Source: Candidatus Latescibacterota bacterium
GTDB taxonomy: Bacteria; Latescibacterota; UBA2968; UBA8231
Direction of reading: 5' to 3'
DNA: 64,000 nucleotides
Assembly: GCA_965219385.1 (NCBI GenBank)
Contig: CBDCNM010000002.1
Location: 2,860,305-2,924,304, forward strand
The notes beneath the pieces were generated by a model, which saw only the letters and a program-made list of their open reading frames with translations, did not search any database and was not told where the DNA came from. How positions within the stretch are numbered: position 1 is the first letter of the stretch; each line of letters begins with the position of its first letter. Below are positions 36,320 through 46,983 of the stretch, piece after piece. A program made the position numbers and the translations under genes.

Positions 36320-37582
36320 CTATTTTGCCGGCCTGGAGGAAGCATAGTGGCGAGGACCTGCGGGGCCTCCAGGTAGTACCCGGGCGAAGATGCACTTGAG
36401 GTAGCGGCCTTCGGGGAAGGCGGGATTTACCGGGTGGTCGAGGGGGTGCAGGTTGTAGGCCAGAACGCGGAGATCTACCCGGGCGCTGGTGGCGGCGCGT
36501 TGCAGGACGTGGAAAAAATCCTCCTGGGCAATGCGACTGGAGCAGGAGGCGGTAACCAGCAGTCCTCCCGGACGGACGAGTTTGAGGGCGTTGCGGTTGA
36601 GTTTGATATAGACCCCCATGGCCTTCTTGAAGTCACTGCGCTTGCGCAACAGGGCAGGCGGGTCCAGGACGACAATATCAAAACGCGGTCCGCGGGCGGC
36701 CAGTTCGTCGAGGAATGGAAAAACATCGGCGACGATGTAAGCGCTCTTGCCATCGGCAGAGCGGTTGGCGCACAGGTTTTGTCGAGCTGCGGGCAGGGCC
36801 GATGAGGCAATGTCCACGTCCAGGGTGCGGCCGGCGCCCCCTTTGAGCGCGTGGGCCGAAAATCCGCTGGTATAGGCAAAGGTGTTGAGCAGGCTCTGAC
36901 CCTGGGATAGGGACTGCAGGAGGGCGCGGTTGTCGCGCTGATCGAGGAAAAACCCCGTCTTCTGGCCTTTGTACAGATCCACGACCAGGGGTATTCCGCA
37001 TTCCTCGATCTGGATGAACTCGGGCGGTTCTTCCCCTCTCAGAGGTCCGGTGGGACGGTCCGGGAGCCCCTCGGCGCGGCGCGTGCCCACGTCGCTGCGT
37101 TCGTAAATGCCGAGCGGTTGCAAAACAGCGGAGAGCACATCGAGGATATCCTCGCGCAAGCGCTCCATGCCGAGGGTGTGGAACTGGACCACTAGAAACC
37201 CATTGTACAGATCCGCGATCAGGCCGGGCAGTCCATCGTTTTCGCCGTGGATGATGCGGTAGGCATTGGTGCGGGCGGGCAGGGGACTTTGCTGGCGCAG
37301 CTGGTAGGCCCGCACAACGGCGGCGCGAAAAAAGGCCTGGTCGATAAGGCGGTCCTGGGCACGGGTGAGGATGCGGATCCTGATGGCGGCGTGAGGATTG
37401 TAGGAACCGCGGCCGACAAAGCGGTTTTTGTGGTCGAATACATCGACGATATCACCCGGAGGGATGCTGTCTGGAGGCCGGGTTATGGCGCCGCTGTAAA
37501 CCCAGGGATGGCCGTTGAGCAGGGGGCGCTCACTGCCCTTCCGCAGAGTCAGTTCGGGGTAGGTCGCGATTTTGGGCTTCAT
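36320..37582 (-). CDS. PUA-domain class I SAM-dependent 23S rRNA (m5C) methyltransferase, RlmI-like.
   Basis: N-terminal PUA-like region plus SAM-MTase core; about 420 aa. Confidence 0.7.
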   Translation of the reverse strand: MKPKIATYPELTLRKGSERPLLNGHPWVYSGAITRPPDSIPPGDIVDVFDHKNRFVGRGSYNPHAAIRIRILTRAQDRLIDQAFFRAAVVRAYQLRQQSPLPARTNAYRIIHGENDGLPGLIADLYNGFLVVQFHTLGMERLREDILDVLSAVLQPLGIYERSDVGTRRAEGLPDRPTGPLRGEEPPEFIQIEECGIPLVVDLYKGQKTGFFLDQRDNRALLQSLSQGQSLLNTFAYTSGFSAHALKGGAGRTLDVDIASSALPAARQNLCANRSADGKSAYIVADVFPFLDELAARGPRFDIVVLDPPALLRKRSDFKKAMGVYIKLNRNALKLVRPGGLLVTASCSSRIAQEDFFHVLQRAATSARVDLRVLAYNLHPLDHPVNPAFPEGRYLKCIFARVLPGGPAGPRHYASSRPAK

Positions 37583-38004
37583 GTCTTTCCATGTGATTTA
37601 GCAAATGACTCAACTGGCGGGTGAGGTGTAGCACATCAGCTTCACTGGCATCCTCTGCCCGGGTGTCGAAACTGCGAGCGGCTTTGTAGTACTCCTCCAG
37701 CAACCTGGTGTAGAGCCGGCGCACGTGATCGGGCCCCAGCGATGAGACTAGGTCGCCTTGCAGTAAGGTCTTGACCAGATGGATGGCTCTGAGTTCGTCG
37801 GGGGACGGCTGCAAGGCGAACAGGAGGCCGCACTCGGCAAAGCTGTAGACCGGGGGCGTCAAAACCCCGATCAACGCAGCTGGGAGGGACCAGCCAGATA
37901 GCTGTATTCAGGGTGCGGCTGTGGATTTTCAAGGGCTGTTTCAACCGGTGGAGAGGGAGGGGAAGAAGCTGGCTCACGAGGAGATAAAAGGCTCAACGCC
38001 GAGG

Positions 38005-39348
38005 CTAGCGCAGGTAGCGTTTCACCTGTTTGCGCACCAGGGGGCGCAAATCGGGATCGTCAATGCAAAAGATGCGGAAGATCTTGGCCTGGTCTTCAAA
38101 GTTGTGCAGCAAAGAGTCGCGCAAGCGCGTAACTTCCGGATCGTCAAAGGTCAGCGGATCGGACTTGTCGCCGGGCACTTCTTTGCCGTAGAAGACCTTG
38201 AGATCGACTTCGGGGCTTTTGTTGAAGCTGGGGATATCGATGAGGATCTCGTGGCCCTTGAAATCGCGCCCCAGGCGCTCGCCGAAGATCCGGCACAGTT
38301 CGATTTCCTTGGCGCGCCGCATGTCGGGATTCTGGTAAAGATCGTAAAAGTAATGCATCAGTTCCTGTTTGCGCTCTCCAGGATGGATGAAACTACCGAC
38401 TTTGTGGAGGCGTCTGTTTATGGTACCTTCGAGCAGCTGGGAAGACCCTTCCAATCCAAGCCGCTGCTGCTCCTGGCGCAGCAACAAAATCAATTCCCCC
38501 TCGGTGATGCGGTCGAAATGGGCGATTTCTAGGCTGCAGTCTGGATGCAGCAGGATATCCTGGACAGCGCGCTTGAACATGGCCGAGGCCGAGCGCACTC
38601 CGTGGTGCCAGTACACATTGCGATACATCAAATAGTTGGTAAAGATCAGCGCTTCGACTGCGGACACGCCCTTGCTGGTGATGGAGAGACGCTTGCGCCC
38701 AGGATCGAATTTGATGGAGGCGGTGAGGCGGTCGCGATTGACGCTCTCGCCAAAGGGCACCCCACAGAACAGCGAGTCCCGCAGGAGGTAGTCGATCTTG
38801 TCGGGGTCGAGGGTACCGCTGAGGATATTGGCCAGCAACAAGTCGCGGGGGGGGATGTCCTGATCCTTGTTCTCGTAGTCTATGACATTGGCCACGCGCA
38901 CAGGATTGACGTCCAGTTGGTCCCTGAGGATCCGATGTATGCTGCCTTTTTCGTCCTGGATGATGCGGCGTGCCCGCGCTTCGTGGAGGACAAAAAATGG
39001 GGTCAGCTCTTCGAGGGTGTGGGAGAAGGGGTAATGGCCGATATCGTGGAGCAAGGTAGCCGCCAGGAAGACCCGGATGTCCTCATCGTCCAGTTCGAGG
39101 GGGGGGGCGGAACCAAGCAGCTGCACCAGGAATTGCTTGGCCAGGTGGTACACCCCCAGGGAGTGCTCGAAACGCGAGTGCCGGGCCCCTGGATAGACCA
39201 GGTGGACATAGCCCAGTTGAGTGATGTTGCGCAGGCGCTGGAAGTCTTTGGTGTCTACAAGGGCGAGGAGGGGATCGGGTATGCCTATGTAGCCCCACAC
39301 CGGATCCCTTATGACCTTGCCTTGATTTTCTAAGAGGGGATGAGTCAT
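38005..39348 (-). CDS. HD-domain phosphohydrolase, dGTP triphosphohydrolase-like.
   Basis: RSRFEHSLGVYHLA...LLHDIGHYPFSH HD motif; about 447 aa, typical of the dGTPase-like family. Confidence 0.7.
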   Translation of the reverse strand: MTHPLLENQGKVIRDPVWGYIGIPDPLLALVDTKDFQRLRNITQLGYVHLVYPGARHSRFEHSLGVYHLAKQFLVQLLGSAPPLELDDEDIRVFLAATLLHDIGHYPFSHTLEELTPFFVLHEARARRIIQDEKGSIHRILRDQLDVNPVRVANVIDYENKDQDIPPRDLLLANILSGTLDPDKIDYLLRDSLFCGVPFGESVNRDRLTASIKFDPGRKRLSITSKGVSAVEALIFTNYLMYRNVYWHHGVRSASAMFKRAVQDILLHPDCSLEIAHFDRITEGELILLLRQEQQRLGLEGSSQLLEGTINRRLHKVGSFIHPGERKQELMHYFYDLYQNPDMRRAKEIELCRIFGERLGRDFKGHEILIDIPSFNKSPEVDLKVFYGKEVPGDKSDPLTFDDPEVTRLRDSLLHNFEDQAKIFRIFCIDDPDLRPLVRKQVKRYLR

Positions 39349-39539
39349 GATGAGGCGAATTTACTCCGGGGACAAAACCCTGTCAAGAGTTGCTGACTAG
39401 GCGCGGGCGCGGCAGGGGAGATCGAAGCAGTTTTTGCAATCTCTTCGGTATTGGGTATTGCGCAATGCCCTTCAAAGCGGGGTGAGGAGTGGTTGACAGC
39501 AAAGATAATATTCCATATTTTAAAAGGCTTATCTAAAAT

Positions 39540-39788
39540 AGCTCACGAAATACCCGTACCTATTTGGACCGCAAGGCCGGAAGGCCGGGAGGGGATGTTG
39601 CCGGCGGCGTTTTATGGGGGGTGGAGCGAGGAAAAGGGAGCTCTGGGACTCAGGCCTGCCTGGGAGGGTGGGCTGCGAGCCGGCGTAGCAGTGGGAAGGA
39701 GGAGCGGGGCAAGAGCGCCTTGGGCATCATAAAACGCCAGAGGCACAAGCTCTGCACGGCCCCGCCCGCCGATTTCGTGAAGTACTGA
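39540..39788 (+). repeat. Full-length (~249-bp) MITE-like element, inverted relative to the copy at 31060-31302.
   Basis: Left end agctcacgaaatacccgtacctatttggacc (tip slightly degenerate); right end ccgatttcgtgaagtactga. Confidence 0.7.
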
Positions 39789-39804
39789 AAATTTAAGGAT
39801 GGGT

Positions 39805-40206
39805 ATGAAACGCACACTGATGATGATCAAACCCGATGCCGTCGGCAAAAATGCGATCGGTGAGATTGTGCAACGAGTCGAAGCCGAAGGATTTGTGCTG
39901 CGCGAACTGCACATGACAAAACTCTCCGCGGAGCAGGGCCGGGCTTTCTACCAAGTTCACAAGGAACGGCCCTTCTTCGCCGAACTGGTAGAGTTCGTGA
40001 CTTCCGGTCCGGTCGTCCCCATGGTGCTGGAGCGCGACAATGCGGTGGCGCACTTGCGCCGGTTCATCGGAGAAACGGACAGCACCAAAGCGGCGGTTGG
40101 CACGATTCGTGGAGATTTCGGTACTGATGTGCAGTGCAATGCAGTGCACGCCTCTGATTCTCTTGAAAACGCCGCCCGAGAAATCGACTTCTTCTTTGGA
40201 GAGTGA
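39805..40206 (+). CDS. ndk: Nucleoside diphosphate kinase.
   Basis: MKRTLMMIKPDAV...NAVHASDS motifs. Confidence 0.85.
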   Translation: MKRTLMMIKPDAVGKNAIGEIVQRVEAEGFVLRELHMTKLSAEQGRAFYQVHKERPFFAELVEFVTSGPVVPMVLERDNAVAHLRRFIGETDSTKAAVGTIRGDFGTDVQCNAVHASDSLENAAREIDFFFGE

Positions 40207-40211
40207 GACGG

Positions 40212-40760
40212 ATGCAGGTCCACGGTGAGATGGCAAGATCCACAATCTTGATGCTCGACGAGTGCCAGGAAGGAACCTCCTGGCTCGACTTTGAGGTTGC
40301 GCCGGAAGATCTGGAACTGAGCGACGAGTCCCTGGGCTTCGAGCGACCGATAGAGGTCTCCCTCCGCATCAGCCGCAGCCTTGAGACCTTTGCGGTAGAC
40401 GGGGCCATCCGCTGCCCCGTAAAGGGAGAGTGCTGTCGCTGTCTGGCGCCCGTCGAACATTCCGCGCAGGCCTCTACGCGCCTGCTCATTCAACGCAAGC
40501 GGGCCAGCCAGGAGGAATTGGAGGCCGTGGAGGACCAGGAGTTCGAGATCCTCGATCCCGGAACTCGCGAAATGGATTTGAAGGATTTCATGCGCGCGGA
40601 AATCATCCTCGAACTTCCCCAGCAGGTATACTGCAAGGAGGACTGCAAGGGACTCTGTCCCCAATGTGGTTGCGACCTGAACAAGGGGCTATGTTCCTGT
40701 GGCGAGGCGGCGGTGGATCCGCGCTGGGCAGCACTTGGTAAAATCAGGTCTCCCCAATAA
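40212..40760 (+). CDS. yceD: YceD/DUF177-family protein (23S rRNA accumulation protein) preceding rpmF.
   Basis: Conserved position upstream of rpmF. C-terminal CxxC...CxxC pair (CPQCGCDLNKGLCSC). Confidence 0.6.
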   Translation: MQVHGEMARSTILMLDECQEGTSWLDFEVAPEDLELSDESLGFERPIEVSLRISRSLETFAVDGAIRCPVKGECCRCLAPVEHSAQASTRLLIQRKRASQEELEAVEDQEFEILDPGTREMDLKDFMRAEIILELPQQVYCKEDCKGLCPQCGCDLNKGLCSCGEAAVDPRWAALGKIRSPQ

Positions 40761-40801
40761 TTTGCACAGAGTAGATAGATTGCCGAGAGGAGTATAGCGA
40801 T

Positions 40802-40984
40802 ATGGCTTCAGTACCCAAGAGACGGATTTCGCGGACCCGCAGGGACAAGCGGCGCACGCACTGGAAACTAAGCCCTCCGGGGCTCAGCATCTGTGCCCAT
40901 TGTGGACAGCCCGCTCTGCCCCACCAGGTGTGCCGTAGCTGTGGATTCTATCGAGGACGCGAGTACATGGAGCCGGAAGTATAG
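40802..40984 (+). CDS. rpmF: 50S ribosomal protein L32.
   Basis: MASVPKRRISRTRRDKRRTHWKL... Confidence 0.85.
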   Translation: MASVPKRRISRTRRDKRRTHWKLSPPGLSICAHCGQPALPHQVCRSCGFYRGREYMEPEV

Positions 40985-41025
40985 CTCCGTTTCAGGTGAC
41001 GACCATCCACTGAACGAGGGGTTGA

Positions 41026-42030
41026 GTGGCTGCACCCGAGAAAAATTACAGCGCTATTATAACAGCTACGGAACACTACCTGCCCGAAAAAGTCCTGACT
41101 AATTTCGACCTGGAAAAAATTGTCGATACCGACGATGCCTGGATTCGCGCCCGCACGGGCATCGCCGAACGGCGTTTTCTCGATGGTCAGCCGACCTCGT
41201 TTATGGCGGTTGAAGTCGCGCGCCAGATCCTCCAGAGCAGGCAGTTAGACCCCGCGGAAATCGACCTGATCATCGTTGCAACCATCACTCCGGACATGCT
41301 CTTCCCGGCTACGGCCTGTCTGGTGCAGGACCGCATTGGCGCCAGCCGGGCCTGGGCCTACGATCTATCGGCCGCCTGTTCGGGTTTTGCCTTCGCGCTG
41401 GCGGCCGGGGCGCAGTTCATCGAATCCGGGACGCACCGCAAGGTGATGGTAATCGGCGCAGACAAAATGAGTGCCATCCTCGATTTTCAGGATCGCTCTA
41501 CCTGTATTTTATTCGGCGATGGCGCCGGCGGCGTCCTGCTCGAGCGCTCGGAAGACCCCGAATTGGGATTGATCGATTTCGAAATGCACTCCGATGGTTC
41601 CGGGGGCGGGTGCCTGAACTTTAAAGGCGGCGGCAGCCTGTACCCGGCCTCGCACGAATCGGTGGACAAGCGCCTGCACTACATCTATCAGGAAGGCAGG
41701 ACCGTCTTCAAATTTGCCGTCGTCAAAATGGCGGAGGTATCGGCGAGCCTGATGGAAAAGAACAGCCTGCAGGCAGAAGACCTGAAACTATTCGTGCCAC
41801 ATCAGGCGAATTTGCGTATTATTAATGCCGCCGCCGAGCGCATGAAACTGCCGCCGGAGAAGGTGATGGTCAACATAGACCGATTCGCCAATACCACGGC
41901 CGGCACCATCCCGATCGCCCTGTCCGAGGCCCACAAAGAGGGGAAGCTGGAACGCGGCGACCTGGTGTTGATGGCTGCCGTGGGAGGCGGATTGACCTGG
42001 GGTAGTGTCCTGTACCGGTGGGCCTACTGA
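41026..42030 (+). CDS. fabH: 3-oxoacyl-ACP synthase III.
   Basis: YLPEKVLTNFDLEKIVDTDDAWIRARTGIAERR, active-site C (AACSGF), HQANLRII. GTG start with GAGGGG RBS. Confidence 0.85.
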   Translation: MAAPEKNYSAIITATEHYLPEKVLTNFDLEKIVDTDDAWIRARTGIAERRFLDGQPTSFMAVEVARQILQSRQLDPAEIDLIIVATITPDMLFPATACLVQDRIGASRAWAYDLSAACSGFAFALAAGAQFIESGTHRKVMVIGADKMSAILDFQDRSTCILFGDGAGGVLLERSEDPELGLIDFEMHSDGSGGGCLNFKGGGSLYPASHESVDKRLHYIYQEGRTVFKFAVVKMAEVSASLMEKNSLQAEDLKLFVPHQANLRIINAAAERMKLPPEKVMVNIDRFANTTAGTIPIALSEAHKEGKLERGDLVLMAAVGGGLTWGSVLYRWAY

Positions 42031-42031
42031 A

Positions 42032-42973
42032 ATGAGCCGTTGCGCCTTTTTGTTTCCCGGCCAGGCGTCTCAGGCCGTCGGCATGGCCCAGGACCTCTAC
42101 GAAGAGCATTCCGCGGTGCGAGCAATCTTCGATCGCGCCGACGAGGTGCTGGGTTTCTCGCTGAAGCGGCTCTGCTTTTCCGGACCGGAAGAGGAACTGC
42201 GGCAAACGGTTTGTACCCAGCCGGCTGTTTTTGTCCACAGTGTGGCGGCTTGGCGTTTGCTGGTGGCCGCGGGGGTGGAGCCCACTTGCACCGCCGGACA
42301 CAGCCTGGGCGAGTACTCCGCCTTGGTCGCGGCCCGGGTCCTGGAGTTCGACGAAGGTTTGAAACTGGTCGAGCGCCGCAGCCAGCTGATGCAGCAGGCT
42401 GGTGAAGAGCAGCCGGGCACCATGGCAGCCGTCCTCGGCCTGGACGATGAGAAGGCAGTAGAGCTTTGCAGCCGGGCCAGCGACGGCGGGATTGTGGTCG
42501 CGGCCAATTTCAACGCGCCCGGCCAGGTGGCCGTCTCCGGAGATGCGGCGGCCGTGGAGCGGCTCGGCGAAATGGCCCGGGAAGCAGGGGCCCGGCGCGT
42601 TGTTCCACTGGCGGTCGGCGGGGCGTTTCACTCACCGCTGATGGAGCCGGCTGCGCGGGAGATGGCTTCCCTGTTGGGGGAAGCGGGGCTGCAATCCCCC
42701 CGGGTGCCGGTGATCACCAATGTGGCTGCCCGTCCAGTGGAGGATGTGGAGGAACTGCGGCAGCATTTGATCGATCAGATAACCCATCCGGTGCGCTGGA
42801 CCGAGTCCATAAGCCGCCTGCGGCAGATGGAAGTCGAACGCGCCGTAGAAGTGGGACCGGGGGCTGTGTTGAAGGGGCTGGCGCGCCGCATCGAGCCTGG
42901 CCTGCAGGTGCTTGAGGCCGGTAGTGCAGAGGGCCTTGCAAACGCCCTTGCAGCGCTGCAAGGAGAAGGTTAG
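42032..42973 (+). CDS. fabD: Malonyl-CoA:ACP transacylase.
   Basis: MSRCAFLFPGQASQ...GHSLGEYSAL. Confidence 0.85.
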   Translation: MSRCAFLFPGQASQAVGMAQDLYEEHSAVRAIFDRADEVLGFSLKRLCFSGPEEELRQTVCTQPAVFVHSVAAWRLLVAAGVEPTCTAGHSLGEYSALVAARVLEFDEGLKLVERRSQLMQQAGEEQPGTMAAVLGLDDEKAVELCSRASDGGIVVAANFNAPGQVAVSGDAAAVERLGEMAREAGARRVVPLAVGGAFHSPLMEPAAREMASLLGEAGLQSPRVPVITNVAARPVEDVEELRQHLIDQITHPVRWTESISRLRQMEVERAVEVGPGAVLKGLARRIEPGLQVLEAGSAEGLANALAALQGEG

Positions 42974-42974
42974 A

Positions 42975-43721
42975 ATGGGGCAAAGTGCAGGGAAAGTAGC
43001 CCTAGTGACCGGGGGATCGCGGGGGATCGGCCGGTCCATCGCCCTGCGCCTGGCAGAGGAGGGAACCAGCGTGGCCATCTGCGCCCGCAATCTGGAAGCC
43101 GTTCGCCAAGTTGGCGACGAACTCGACGCCATGGGCGTGAAAAGCCTGGTGCGGCAAACCGATGTTGTAGATGGGGCCCAGGTCGACGAACTGATCCGGG
43201 CGACCCTCAAAGAGCTGGGGGGGCTGGATATTCTGGTCAACAACGCCGGTGTCACGCGCGACAATCTGCTGATGCGCATGAGCGAAGAAGATTGGGATGT
43301 GGTCGTCGATATCAACTTGAAGGGGGCCTTTAACTGCTGCAAGAGCGTGGTCCGCCCCATGCTGAAGGCGCGCCGGGGCCGCATCGTCAACGTCTCTTCG
43401 GTGGTGGGGCTCACCGGCAATCCGGGCCAGGCCAACTACGTGGCTTCCAAGGCGGGGTTGATCGGCCTTACCAAAACCCTGGCGAGGGAACTGGCCCCCA
43501 GGAATATCACGGTCAATGCCGTGGCGCCGGGACTGATTCCGGAAACCGGCATGACCGCCCAACTATCCGGAGAGGCAAAGGGGCACATGCTGGACCAGGT
43601 GCCCCTGGGGCGGCCCGGCACGCCCGCGGAGGTTGCGGATGCAGTCGCCTTTCTGGCCTCGGACCAGGCTGCCTATATTACGGGACAGGTACTTCGGGTC
43701 GACGGCGGTATGGCGATGTAG
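42975..43721 (+). CDS. fabG: 3-oxoacyl-ACP reductase (SDR).
   Basis: KVALVTGGSRGIGRSIA...NNAG...YVASKAG. Confidence 0.85.
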   Translation: MGQSAGKVALVTGGSRGIGRSIALRLAEEGTSVAICARNLEAVRQVGDELDAMGVKSLVRQTDVVDGAQVDELIRATLKELGGLDILVNNAGVTRDNLLMRMSEEDWDVVVDINLKGAFNCCKSVVRPMLKARRGRIVNVSSVVGLTGNPGQANYVASKAGLIGLTKTLARELAPRNITVNAVAPGLIPETGMTAQLSGEAKGHMLDQVPLGRPGTPAEVADAVAFLASDQAAYITGQVLRVDGGMAM

Positions 43722-43793
43722 CATGCCGTCGTCCGGTTTTTTGCGATTGGGCAATTCAACTTCTACCAAAATTGTTTACCGAGGAGGATGAAC

Positions 43794-44036
43794 ATGGCTT
43801 CTATCGAGGAACGCGTAACCGATCTGATTGTCGAGCAGCTGGGCGTGAGCCAGGAACAGGTGACTACCGGAGCTTCGTTTGTCGATGATCTGGGCGCTGA
43901 TTCGCTGGATACGGTCGAACTGGTCATGGCTTTCGAAGAAGAGTTCAGTATCGATATTCCGGACGAGGATGCGGAAAAGATGTCCAACGTCTCCGATGCC
44001 GTCAAGTATCTGGAGGAAAACGCCAGCAAGGATTAG
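43794..44036 (+). CDS. acpP: Acyl carrier protein.
   Basis: [19 protein letters not shown] phosphopantetheine-attachment motif. GAGGAGG RBS. Confidence 0.9.
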   Translation: MASIEERVTDLIVEQLGVSQEQVTTGASFVDDLGADSLDTVELVMAFEEEFSIDIPDEDAEKMSNVSDAVKYLEENASKD

Positions 44037-44076
44037 GCTCGCCTGTTCTGCACTGCTGGCCCTCAGGAGAAATATC

Positions 44077-45321
44077 GTGTCCAGGCGCAGAGTGGTAGTA
44101 ACGGGAATGGGGGCGCTGGCACCCAACGGCAACGATGTCGAAACCTTCTGGGACGCCCTTGTCAACGGTCGCTCCGGCATCGGTTCGATCACCCGTTTTG
44201 ATACCGCCAATCACGAGGTCAAGATAGCCGGCGAGGTCGTGGATTTCGATCCGACCAGTGCCCTCGACCGCAAAGAAGTTCGGCGCAACGATCCCTTTGT
44301 GCACTACGGGGTCTACGTCTCCTCCCAGGCGGTCGAAAACGCCGGCCTCGATATCTCCAGGGTCGATTCCGAGCGGGTCGGGGTTATCTTCGGGTCGGGC
44401 ATAGGCGGGATCGGCACCCTGGAGGATCAGCATACGGTTCTCATGGAGAAAGGACCCGGGCGGGTCAGCCCGTTCTTCGTGCCCATGATGATCAGCGATA
44501 TGTCGGCGGGCATGATTTCCATGAAGCTGGGGGCCAAGGGCCCCAATTACACCACGGTTTCGGCCTGTTCCTCGGCGGCGCATGCCATTGGCGAGGCGGC
44601 CCGCAAGATCCAGTACGACGAAGCCGACGCCATGATCACCGGGGGCTGCGAAGCAGCGGTCACCCCTATTTCCATAGCGGGCTTCACCTCTGCCAAAGCC
44701 CTGGCCCATCGCAATGAGGAACCCGAGCGCGCCAGTCGGCCTTTTGATGCGCAGCGCAACGGTTTTGTCCTGGGCGAAGGCGGCGGGGCCATGGTACTCG
44801 AAGAACTGGAACACGCGCGCCGGCGCGGCGCCCGGATCTGGGGCGAGTTCATGGGGCTGGGGTTCACCGGCGATGCCTACCATCAGACGGCCATGGCCCC
44901 GGAAGGCGAGGGCGGTGCCCGGGCCATGAGGATAGCCCTGCAGGATGCCAGCCTTGGCCTCGAAGATGTGGATTACGTGAATGCGCATGGGACTTCTACG
45001 CCCCTGGGCGATGTGCAGGAGACGGCGGCCATCAAAGCGGTGTTCGGCGGCCATGCAGGGTCGCTGGCCGTCAGTTCGACCAAGTCCATGACCGGCCATT
45101 TGCTGGGAGCGGCAGGGGCCGTCGAGAGCATTGTCTGTATCCTGGCGCTCTCCCACGGCATCCTGCCTCCGACCATCAACTACGAAAACCCGGATCCGGA
45201 GTGCGACCTCGATTGCGTGCCCAACCAGGCGCGAGCCCACGATCTGCGCTATGCCCTGAATAATTCCTTTGGCTTTGGAGGGCATAATGTGGCCCTTATC
45301 TTTGGACGTTTCGATGATTAA
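44077..45321 (+). CDS. fabF: 3-oxoacyl-ACP synthase II.
   Basis: RRVVVTGMGALAPNG..., Cys-His-His ketosynthase catalytic residues (SACSS, NAHGTSTP, GHLLGAAG). GTG start with AGGAGA RBS. Confidence 0.85.
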   Translation: MSRRRVVVTGMGALAPNGNDVETFWDALVNGRSGIGSITRFDTANHEVKIAGEVVDFDPTSALDRKEVRRNDPFVHYGVYVSSQAVENAGLDISRVDSERVGVIFGSGIGGIGTLEDQHTVLMEKGPGRVSPFFVPMMISDMSAGMISMKLGAKGPNYTTVSACSSAAHAIGEAARKIQYDEADAMITGGCEAAVTPISIAGFTSAKALAHRNEEPERASRPFDAQRNGFVLGEGGGAMVLEELEHARRRGARIWGEFMGLGFTGDAYHQTAMAPEGEGGARAMRIALQDASLGLEDVDYVNAHGTSTPLGDVQETAAIKAVFGGHAGSLAVSSTKSMTGHLLGAAGAVESIVCILALSHGILPPTINYENPDPECDLDCVPNQARAHDLRYALNNSFGFGGHNVALIFGRFDD

Positions 45322-45382
45322 TTCGCCTCCCTGCAGGTCTCCCCATTCGCCGTTACCCAATCCACCTTGAGGATTGCGCAAT

Positions 45383-46138
45383 ATGGCATGGATTGCAGCT
45401 CTCATCCAACGCCTTCGCAAACCAGCCATTGAGTTCGAGGTGCCGAAAGCAGCATTGCGCGAACTCGAAAAGAGGATCGGCCATCGCTTTCGGGATCCGG
45501 CCTTGTTGATCAATGCCCTCAAACATCGCTCGTACGTCTATGCGCAGCAGGGCAAAGGCACCGAGTCGAACGAACGGCTCGAGTACCTGGGGGATGCTGT
45601 TCTCGACATCCTGGTCGCGGATTTTCTCTTCACCAGGTTCGTGGACAAACGCGAGGGCGACCTCACGCAGATGAAGTCTCTGGTCGTCAGCCGCACGGTC
45701 CTTTCCAGGAAGGCGCAGGCCATAGACCTCGGGCGGTTTGTCCTGCTGAGCCGGGAAGAGCGCGGTGCGAGAGGGCACGAGCAGCCTTCTATCCTCAGCG
45801 ATACCTTTGAAGCTTTGATCGGCGCCATCTACCTGGACGGCGGCCTGGCCGCCGGTCGCCGTTTTGTAGAGCAGATCGTCCTGAACGACTTTCACGAGCT
45901 GGTCGAGCGTCAGGATTACGTCAACTTCAAAAGCAAGCTGCTGGAACTCACCCAGAGCAAGGGCTGCGGCCATCCCAAGTACATGGTTCACGCCGAGGAA
46001 GGACCAGAGCACAACAAGGTATTCAGTGTCGAAGTGAGTATGACCGGCGAAAGCCTCGGTCGCGGCCAGGGACGCAGCAAGAAAGAGGCCCAGCAGATGG
46101 CGGCCAAAAACGCGCTGGAGCGCCTGGGGGCTTTGTAA
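45383..46138 (+). CDS. rnc: Ribonuclease III.
   Basis: [12 protein letters not shown] signature and C-terminal dsRBD. Confidence 0.85.
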   Translation: MAWIAALIQRLRKPAIEFEVPKAALRELEKRIGHRFRDPALLINALKHRSYVYAQQGKGTESNERLEYLGDAVLDILVADFLFTRFVDKREGDLTQMKSLVVSRTVLSRKAQAIDLGRFVLLSREERGARGHEQPSILSDTFEALIGAIYLDGGLAAGRRFVEQIVLNDFHELVERQDYVNFKSKLLELTQSKGCGHPKYMVHAEEGPEHNKVFSVEVSMTGESLGRGQGRSKKEAQQMAAKNALERLGAL

Positions 46139-46983
46139 TGCCGGTCTGGCGTTTCCTTGCTACAGGGCACGGCAACGGCGCCTTCAACATGGCCGTAGAC
46201 GAAGTCTTGTTGGGGGGCGTGAACAAGGGGAGGACAGAACCGGTTTTCCGGGTTTTCGGCTGGGATCCGCCCGCCCTCTCGCTGGGCTATGGCCAGGAGG
46301 TCTGCAGGGAATTGGACCTGGAAAAATGCCGGCGGGCGGGCATCGATATAGTCCGGCGCCCGAGCGGCGGGCGGGCGGTTTTGCACTGGGAGGAATTGAC
46401 CTACAGCGCCATCTGGCCCGCAGGGGATCCCGTGCTCGGGGGCAATATCTCGGAGACCTTCCACCGCATTGGTCAATGCCTGGTGGAAGGGTTGCGGATC
46501 TTCGGGGTAGAGGCGGTGCTGGAAAAGTCGAATCCCCGATCCGGGGGGGCGCGGAGAGCGGCCTCGACGGCGCCGTGTTTTTCGAGCATATCGCGCTGGG
46601 AAGTAAAGTGCAAAGGGCGCAAGTTGATCGGCAGTGCCCAGCGCCGCGTGCGCCAGGCGGTCCTGCAGCACGGGTCGCTGCTGATCGGCGAACAACACAA
46701 GAAGCTGCTGGATTTGCTGCCGTTGACCATGGATTCCGTGCGCCAGGCCCTGGTCCGGCAGCTGGATCGCGGCAGCATCCACCTCAGGGGCTGTACTCCC
46801 CGCCAGATCAACTTCGACGAACTGGCTGCCTGTCTGGTGCAGGGGTTCAGCCACTGCCTGAAGGTGGAAATGCGACCTGGGGTCCTGAGTGCAGAAGAAC
46901 GGCAACAGGTCGAAGCACTGATGAAAGAAAAATACGGGAATCCAGTCTGGAACCATGCCGTTGGTGTCGCCATGGAGGCTTGA
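46138..46983 (+). CDS. Lipoate-protein ligase / octanoyltransferase family (BPL/LPL catalytic domain) protein.
   Basis: [17 protein letters not shown]...[11 protein letters not shown]...KLIGSAQRR resembles LplA/LipM-type catalytic domains. TAATG overlap with rnc. Confidence 0.55.
   Translation: MPVWRFLATGHGNGAFNMAVDEVLLGGVNKGRTEPVFRVFGWDPPALSLGYGQEVCRELDLEKCRRAGIDIVRRPSGGRAVLHWEELTYSAIWPAGDPVLGGNISETFHRIGQCLVEGLRIFGVEAVLEKSNPRSGGARRAASTAPCFSSISRWEVKCKGRKLIGSAQRRVRQAVLQHGSLLIGEQHKKLLDLLPLTMDSVRQALVRQLDRGSIHLRGCTPRQINFDELAACLVQGFSHCLKVEMRPGVLSAEERQQVEALMKEKYGNPVWNHAVGVAMEA

Noticed and set aside
39451-39788. Short ORFs (93 and 74 aa) inside the MITE copy; similarly 31089-31277.
   Set aside because: They lie within a non-coding repeat. 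They are GC-driven, not conserved between copies in frame, and lack an RBS.
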